Shown: positions 55,271 through 64,000 of the stretch, piece after piece
Layout: each line of letters begins with the position of its first letter
How positions within the stretch are numbered: the first letter of the stretch is position 1
Assembly (NCBI GenBank): GCA_951406725.2
Contig: OX597830.1
Location: forward strand, 39,370,001-39,434,000
Length of the DNA: 64,000 nt
Source: Octopus vulgaris
Taxonomy: Eukaryota
Reading direction: 5' to 3'
Translations under genes and position numbers: made by a program
The notes under the pieces: generated by a model
The model's input: the letters and a program-made list of their open reading frames with translations, nothing else
What the model was told of the DNA's origin: nothing
Database searches by the model: none

Positions 55271-55441
55271 AAAATTTGTCCAAGCTTTTCTCTTTTTTTT
55301 TAATTATCATTCTCCGAACCCCACCCCCGCATGTTTTACCAACACTTTTTTCAATGTCTTTGTTACAATTCAATGAAATTAGATAAATCATAGAAGAAGT
55401 TGTTGCCCGCACATTCATCACCATTAAAAGACAACTTAAAT

Positions 55442-55626
55442 CAGTGGCGTAGCTACAGTGTTGTACCGCTAGGTGCACACCGAAGATTGTACCACCAGAT
55501 TCCCAACAGAAAATACATTTCAGATTTATTTCTTCACAGTCTATACAGACTTATACAACAGACCCAAAAGTGATGCCACCATAAAAGCGTTGCTCCTTGT
55601 CTCGTCCCCTCTCAGCTACGCTACTG
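55442..55626. mobile_element. hAT-like MITE
   Basis: TIRs cagtggcgtagct / agctacgctactg; partly conserved 8-bp flanks acttaaat / acttggaa. Confidence 0.7.
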
Positions 55627-55661
55627 ACTTGGAATCTCAAAGCAAACGTGTCAAGACCGTA

Positions 55662-55870
55662 TTGGTTCCAAATTTTGGCACGAGGCCAGTAATTTCGGGG
55701 AAAGGAATAAATCGATCCCCGTGCTTAACTGGTATTTATTTTATCGATTCCGAAAGCAATAAAAAGCAAAGAGGACTTCGGCGGAATTTGAGCTTAGAAC
55801 GTAAAGACGGGCGAAATGCCGCTAAACGTTTTGCTCTGAGTGCTAACGATTCTTGCCAGTTCGCCGCCTT
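55662..55870 (-). mobile_element. SINE family A, decayed
   Basis: Tail, core and head in reverse complement. Confidence 0.8.
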
Positions 55871-56724
55871 GTTATCTGAAATAATATAATACCTATATTT
55901 GTTTGTGTGTAACTCGTAGAGTAAGAGCAGTAAGCTGACAGAATTGTAACAGCGTCAAGAAAAAAGCCATGCAGTATTTCTTACGACTTCATACGTTCCG
56001 GTTTCAAATCACGCCCAAAACAACTTTAACATTCATTATTTCAGGATCATTAAGATAAAATAGTTGTCAGATAATGACGTCACTGGTATCGACTACCCTC
56101 CACACACCTCTCGCCGTCCTATATCAAAGCAATATTACCAGATGATTCTCACTCAGAAGATTAAACATTGAAAATAAAAAATGCATCTATCATCTTCACT
56201 ACTTCGTTCTCTGTACCTATATAACAGTTTCTACTGATTCCCAGGGGTTGGTACCGCCTGCTTTGGGAAGCACTGTCTTAGAGTGATATGACTGAGATTT
56301 GACAGCTCCTACGTTTATTTCCCATAGGAGTCAATGTATAGAAATGTATGGTAAACTTCAACTGCATTAATCTCTTAAGATTAGGACGATTAGAAAGGTC
56401 TGTAAATGCCATGGCCACCGTCAACACGCCTACTAATTAAAAAGCTAATATTCTACTTTGTCTCACTTCACTAGCCGCTGGAAAGAGAAACTGGACTTTT
56501 CTTGGAAAGGTCAAGTGAAGCTCATTTTCTGAAGATAAACGACATATCTTATTTGGTAAGGTCAAAGAATCGATTCTATTTATTGTACCGATGTCTGGGA
56601 TATGTATTTACCTGTCCATCTAGTTCTTCGATTTGTACAACACACACACACACATTCTCACTCACACACACACACACATTCTCACTCACACACACATACT
56701 CACTGACACACTAACAAATATACG

Positions 56725-56947
56725 CCTATTTCTTTACTACCCACAAGGAGAGAACAAACAAGGACAGACAAACGGATTAAGTCGATTATATCGACCCCAG
56801 TGCGCAACTGGTACTCACTTAATCGACCCCGAAAGGATGAAAGGCAAAGTCGACATCGGCGGAATTTGAACTCAGAACGTAACGGCAGACGGAATATGGC
56901 TACGCATTTCGCCCGGCGTGCTAACGTTTCTGCCAGCTCGCCGCCTT
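56725..56947 (-). mobile_element. SINE family A (head, core, spacer module)
   Basis: ctgccagctcgccgcctt head end; gaccccgaaaggatgaaaggcaaagtcgac core. Confidence 0.9.
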
Positions 56948-57764
56948 AACAAATATACGCCTGCGCACATATTCTTTTATAATTCATCTATTGGTTTCAT
57001 TCCCAGGAATGCAGCCATTGTATGGCACATCCTTCAAGTACATTATTCATCATGTCAATCCCAGTATTTATTTCAATTTGATTTTATTGATTTCAGTTGA
57101 TTTTATTAAAATCTATTTATCGGAATACACCCTACCCCCACTCCCACCCCATACACCCAAAACTTATAACGGAAAAAAAAAACTCCGAAGACTAAAGAGA
57201 AAACAAACCAAATTCCTCACAGAATGTACATTGGTCAAACCATGGCAGAGAGTTCTAGAATCGACAGAGAGCTACAGAGAGAGAAGAAGCAAAAGCGACG
57301 ATACACGTAGAAGAGAGGGAGAAAGAGAGAGAAAAGGGGGAGAGAGAGAGAAAAGGGGGAGAGAGAGAGAAAAGGGGGAGAGAGAGAGAGGAGATTTGGA
57401 AATCACGATTTATTAGTTTTTAATGTTTTTCATTGTGAGTGTAAAATGATATATTTGAATATTTAGATTTTTTTTTTTTTATATACATGGCAAGCATAAA
57501 TATTCCAAAATATATTTGTACAATTTTCTCTTTAACTTCATTTTGTTCCAAATCTGAATAAATTAAGAAAGAACAGCAAATTAAAAAGCAACGTAGAATG
57601 GCAAAGGTTTGACAGACTGTTTAATATTATGTGCATCGGTTATAATTTATATTAATCGGAGAAAAAACAAAAATTACTTCATTATGATCAAGAATGATTT
57701 TGATTAGAATAAATAACTATCCGATAAGCGTCAGCTGTTGTTGCTGTTGCTGATGTTGCTGTTT

Positions 57765-57806
<42 letters not shown>

Positions 57807-58671
57807 TTGTTAATATTTCTGTTGTTGCTGTATCTTACATTTGAGAAAAGGAACGAGTTAATCTCACGACAAAACTCATTGCGAACCAACCGTGCATTAC
57901 ATCAGATGAATTTCGATAACTTCATTTACGTAATAATGATGGAGATTGTGTGTTCTTCCCAGTAGAATCTGATCAGGCATTTAAGTGAGAGAAAACTGAT
58001 TTGGATTACTCCATAGTGCTCCGGTATAATGAAGTTTTCGTTAAGGGAAAACGACAGCAGCCGCCTCATTATTATCATCTGGTATGTTTCCTTTTGTCGT
58101 AGGAATTTTTCTTTTACATTAAGATTACTGTCATATTCTTCGTACGTCCAAGCGATTCTTTAATACTTCTTGCGTCGATTTCCATGCTGACCATTCACTA
58201 AACGACGAGGTTTCGGGAAAAAAAAACAGCGAAAATGAAGACCCATTCGATCGGAATGATCGATTAAAGATTACGATTTTAGCATCTATTATATCTGCTG
58301 CCTGTCGAGAAGATAGTTATGAAGCATATACATACATTCACACGCATTATAAACTCTCATATATTCGCACGCATTATTCACACTCATTATTCACACGCAT
58401 TATTCACACTCATTATTCACACGCATTATACACACTCATTTATTCACACATATTTTTTACAGATGGGTGAATTTGATATCTGTAATATTTCTCTGTGTGT
58501 GTGGGGGGGTGCATGCACGCGTGCCTCTACCTATAGAAATAAGATGCACAAACATAATATAAATATTTTTTGATTTTGATTTTTCCAGTTTCAGCTCATG
58601 AGCTGTGGCCATGCTGGGGCACCGCCATATAGGTATGAAAATAATATTAAATCTTCATATACACACATACA

Positions 58672-58725
<54 letters not shown>

Positions 58726-58732
<7 letters not shown>

Positions 58733-58940
58733 TGCTGAAAAGTCCCGGGCTTTAGGTAAAAGAAAATTCAGAAGGATCAGTTAGATATAATTTTATCCAT
58801 CATATTCCCCTCTCAGATTCACACACTATTGCAGCAGCCCTTCAGTTTTTCTAAGACCTGTAAAAGAACTCGGAGAGTTGGGCCCCCAGCCAGGCCTTTC
58901 GCGATACTCTTAAAGCCAGGAACTTTTCAGGATCCCATCA
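58726..58940. mobile_element. Mariner-like MITE
   Basis: TIRs cgaggggtgctgaaaagtcccgggcttta / taaagccaggaacttttcaggatcccatca followed by TA. Confidence 0.7.
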
Positions 58941-59019
58941 TATATACGCGGGAACGACACTAAAGAAATGTATGCAAATTGCCCTAGAAACATACACGAA
59001 AATTTGGCAAGAATATTAT

Positions 59020-59483
<464 letters not shown>

Positions 59484-60122
59484 GTTTAATTTTTCTACGT
59501 CGAGCAAAATTAGTTCTGCTATATAATAATTTCGCGCTTTTAGCATGCATGTATACACATATGTAAATGTTTCTTCTTGTACAACTACTGAATGCGAGTA
59601 TAGGAAATATTTAATATCTTTTGTACACTGATCTGGATAATATATATATATAGATATAATAAAAGTATGAGAAAACTTGGACATCTTTGTATGAAATAGA
59701 AACGAAATTGTAAAGCTATGAAATAACAGCACTGCTAATCGCTGTTCTCTGAAACTTTTAATGGTCTATGTGTATAAAAAGGTAATGATAGATAAAACGA
59801 TTTTATCCATTACGTAACATATGTACACTGAAATTCTTGCGGGTATGCAACACCTAAAAATGTTTAGATCATTTTGGCGTGTATTTCATGAGAACATAAA
59901 TTTGCATTCTACTTTTAAGCATTAGGATACAGCTCTGTTAACACAGCAGCATATTTAGCCATTTATTGCTATGAGCCTACAAAAGCAAATGTCTATTTTA
60001 AACAAAGCGCTTCAGCTGTTTTTCTTTTGTTGTGTACAGTTCAATTTTCATTGTGCACTGAGCGATATATTGACAGAGGGAGTAATGGTAGAACCACAAT
60101 AGTAGTAGTAGTAGTAGTTGTT

Positions 60123-60163
<41 letters not shown>

Positions 60164-60492
60164 CGTAAGACGGGGGAGTAATGGCAGTAGAATGACTCAG
60201 GCAGTGGAATATATCAGTCGCTAGAGTGACACAATTGACAGTAAGAAAGTGTCAAAGGTAGCGGTGGTGGTACGGTACTAGAGCGGGTGTGGGGCTGTGG
60301 TAGAGTGCCAGTACTAGTGGTAGAAGAGTTACAGAGGTTGTATTAGTGTTGTGTCAGAGGTGATAATGGTGGCAGGTTGGAAGCGGAGTGACAGTGGCGA
60401 TGGTGTAACAGAGACGGTGGATCGACAGAAGTAACGGAATTACAGAGATGTGTGAGTGACAGAAATATATATATATATATATATATATATAT

Positions 60493-60735
60493 GACTTAGA
60501 TAAAACTTAGATATGCTTCGACCAAAGATTGGTCCAGGCCATGTCTAACTTAATAGCACCGCCTTATAGGATTATCTAAATCCTTTTAAAGTCAAGTTTT
60601 GTGGTATCATGGTCCATTCGAGTAGGGAGTTCTTGTTGCGTGAGTTGTATCTAGGTATAGATGGTTTATCTAGTATTCCTTGAATAAATTTGTCCTGATT
60701 CTGTTTCAAGGTGATGGAATCCTTTTCCTCCCACC
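60493..60735 (-). mobile_element. CR1/L2-group LINE extreme 3' end
   Basis: LKQNQDKFIQGILDKPSIPRYNSRNKNSLLEW resembles the FKxxLDxFLxxIPDxP...NSL C-terminus; short 3'UTR with stem-loop and a tatctaag repeat. Confidence 0.6.
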
Positions 60736-60739
60736 CTTT

Positions 60740-61270
60740 CTCTAATTCTTCTCCTCCCTTCACCGTTCTCTATCTGTCCATCTCTCTCCCTCACATTTCC
60801 TCTTTGACTTTCTTATTGCTCACACGTGATCAGCGGCCATCTTTCTTCTCCTAACTAAAATTTCTTTCTTCTCGTTCGGCTACAAAGGATCGGACGCATT
60901 TTTGTCTGTCTCCTGTCAAAGTTTGTTTTCCAGCGTTCACCACTTCACCTCGTTATAGCTTAACAGTCCTTACCGTTTGTTTTAACTGTCCTGCTTTTGT
61001 TACCAGCTTTGACCCTCTCTCCATAAATCCCAAATTTATTTAATTTGTTTTGCGGGAGCGACTGTTTTAACGAAGACGCATCTTGCCCTAACGCTCGAAA
61101 TGCGGAGTATATAAAACAGTCGATTACTGATAAAGGGATTGTTCTTTATGTCGCCTGTCTCGTTTTTCTATTTGTTTCTTTCGTTGTTTAAAAAAAGTTC
61201 GTTTTCCATGTTTATGTAATTTATGTTCACGTTTTTCCTATTGTTTACGTTTTTTTATGTCCTACACCCA
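60740..61270 (+). mobile_element. Probable Penelope-like pLTR with decayed hammerhead
   Basis: Pyrimidine-rich; cgactgtttta-ACGAAGA...gctc-GAAAT-gcgga-GTA-ta-taaaacagtcg (61059-61122); ends at TA-rich tract. Confidence 0.5.
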
Positions 61271-61334
61271 TATATGCATGTGTATATACATATATATATA
61301 AGTATGTACATGTACGTATGTATATATATTATTT

Positions 61335-61395
<61 letters not shown>

Positions 61396-61420
61396 GTATT
61401 TATGTATATATATATATAAT

Positions 61421-61479
<59 letters not shown>

Positions 61480-61620
61480 ATTTTTCCTTGTTAACAATTA
61501 ACATGGCAAAATATATAAATAGTTACACAAGTCACACAAGTAAAAAGGTTGTAACTCCTTGTTTTTAAAGGTAGAAACTACGGGTTTACGTGAAATATTT
61601 TGTATAATATACATAAATAA

Positions 61621-61695
61621 ATAAATGGAGTTAAGCGCAGGTGTTATTCAAATGTGTCGGAAGTAAAAGAATTTGAATAACCTGCGTTTAACTCC

Positions 61696-61701
<6 letters not shown>
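61621..61701. repeat. Short inverted repeat (~32-bp arms) abutting (TA)n
   Basis: ataaatggagttaagcgcaggtgttattcaaat / atttgaataacctgcgtttaactccatttat. Confidence 0.85.
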
Positions 61702-61738
<37 letters not shown>

Positions 61739-62914
61739 AACACCAAAATCTTTTAAGTGTTTAGGGCCTCTTCTAGATTATAATCTGGCCCTGTTCTTGC
61801 TGCTTCTTTTTATACATAGAGCATTTACGAGTACTTTATTTATATCTTTCCATTTTCTTTTATAAAGACAATAGGCCGTGGTTTAAGGGAAATTCCGTTG
61901 ACCTTTCCAATACATAGGGCTACTGAGTATAAGCTGCCTCATTTGCTCATTGCTTCTAAGCCAAGTATGAAGTAACAAGTAAGCGGTTTATTAAGACGTG
62001 TCATGACCATCGGTAAAGTACAGACGATAAAATGACAATGATTGTGTAAAAATTGTCGACCTCACAAATGGTTGCTCGTTATCACAATGACAAATTTAAA
62101 TGCCTTTTGCCAACTTACAAGATCTATACATTTGTTTTATTCGAACTCCTAGGCATTTTGAATCCAGAGGAAGTCGCGTTGTGATGGCAAATTGCAAGCG
62201 AAAAACTGCCATATCAAATTTACATGATGTACAGATAGTTGCTTTAGTCAGAAGAGACATATATACATATTACACACAAATATATATACATATATATTTA
62301 TATATATACAAATACATTCATGTAAGTATACACATATGCATGTACAAATGAATAAATGTACATACATGCCAACGTATATACTTAGATGATTACATACATA
62401 TGAACACATTAAGCGCTCATACATATTTGCATATGTGAATGCGAACACTTATACACACATTTACGTACATACACCCTTTTACACACACATATATATACAT
62501 ACATTCATACATACATATATACATACATACATGCATACATACAATAACAGATCGCATCTGATGTAAAGATTTAGATATTAACAGTTAGAAACTGAATGAA
62601 AAGAATTGGTAAGTTATTATCACAGCCATTAATCTTTCATTTCTAATATTGAAAAGAAGAGAAAAAATCTAAAAAAGAATTATACGAGATGCGAAAGATA
62701 GTAAAGCAAAATGTTTACTGGATAGAGAGAAGACAGTTGAATGATCAGAATAATTGGCTACGAATCATTCGAGAATCTAAGCAGCTATTGATATCGCCAT
62801 TTTCAATTTTTGACAAAATATGTCGCTGTTGTGATGACCGATGGCGTAACTTTCTACACGTTCATCGTTCCTTTCCTACTCTATCTTCTACTTATTGACT
62901 TACATACTTGCTTT

Positions 62915-62981
<67 letters not shown>

Positions 62982-63048
62982 GCTGCTGCTACTACTACTA
63001 TTACTACTACTTCATCTTATTGAGATTATATGCATATATGTATATATG

Positions 63049-63338
63049 TGATCACCGTGACCGGCCAGGCTATCAGATGTTACTACATCGCTGGTCACAA
63101 TTTCTTCGCATTGTTTTAGCCTTCAAATGACGCCACCCTGCTGGCTAAGCGAGGAGGCCGATAGAAGAAAGAATGAGAGAGAGTTGTGGTGAAAGAGTAC
63201 AGCAGGGATCACCACCACCCCCTGCCGGAGCCTTGTAGAGCTTTAGGTGTTTTTGCTCAATAAACACTCACAACGCCTGGTCTGGGAATCGAAACCGCGA
63301 TCCCGCTGCCCTAACCACTGGGCCATTGCGCCTCCACA
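63049..63338 (-). mobile_element. SINE family E (head shared with family D, different tail)
   Basis: tggaggcgcaatggcccagtggttagggcagcgg...gtttattgagcaaaaacacctaaagctc. Confidence 0.85.
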
Positions 63339-63340
63339 TG

Positions 63341-63439
<99 letters not shown>

Positions 63440-63467
63440 GTGTGTGTGTGTACGTGTGTATATATAT

Positions 63468-63927
63468 TTACTCTTTTACTCTTTTACTTGTTCAGTCATT
63501 TGACTGCGGTCATGCTGGAGCAGCACCTTTAGTCGAGCAAATCGACCCCAGGACTTATTCTTTGGATACCTAGTACTTATTCTATCGGTCTCTTTTGCAG
63601 AACCGCTAAGTTACAGGGACGTAAACACACCCCCATCGGTTGTCAAGCGATGTTGAGGGGACAAACACAAACACATAAACATATATACACACACACATAC
63701 ATACATACATACATACATACATACATACGACGAGCTTCTTTCAGTTTCCGTCTACCAAGTCCACTCACAAGACTTTGCTCCGCCTGAGGCTATAGTAGAA
63801 GACACTTGCCCAAGATGCCATGCAGTGGGACTGAACCCAGGACCATGTGGTTCGTTAGCAAGCTACTTACCACACAGCTACTTACCACACAGCTACTAAC
63901 CACACAACTACTTACCACACAGCCACT

Positions 63928-63930
<3 letters not shown>
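63468..63930 (-). mobile_element. SINE family B with a 15-bp unit amplified x4 in the head
   Basis: Full tail-to-head match; ctacttaccacacag repeated at ~63863-63922. Confidence 0.92.

Positions 63931-64000
<70 letters not shown>

Overview
Eukaryotic, AT-rich, microsatellite-saturated non-coding DNA. The SINE repertoire and repeat density suggest an octopus/coleoid cephalopod genome (inference). No host protein-coding exon, rRNA, tRNA gene or CRISPR array can be supported, and almost all listed ORFs are translations of simple repeats. The window is a transposon graveyard. It holds five tRNA-headed SINE families (labelled A-E here, >30 copies or fragments) and LINE fragments (R4/Dong x2, RTE, L1/Tx1, CR1/L2-like). 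It also holds Penelope-like elements (PLEs; one nearly intact RT+GIY-YIG 3' half), Tc1 and Tigger/pogo remnants, hAT/mariner MITEs and two non-autonomous Helitrons. The most interesting signal is about a dozen minimal type I hammerhead-ribozyme motifs in short PLE terminal fragments that end at (TA)n tracts. Two have intact cores (21678-21725 minus, 40838-40887 plus). Several fragments form near-perfect head-to-head palindromes whose apex lies just upstream of the ribozyme core. Other points: retroelements partition by microsatellite type, inverted SINE pairs share private mutations, and a SINE and a LINE share a 3' tail. Repeat coordinates were read by eye and are approximate.
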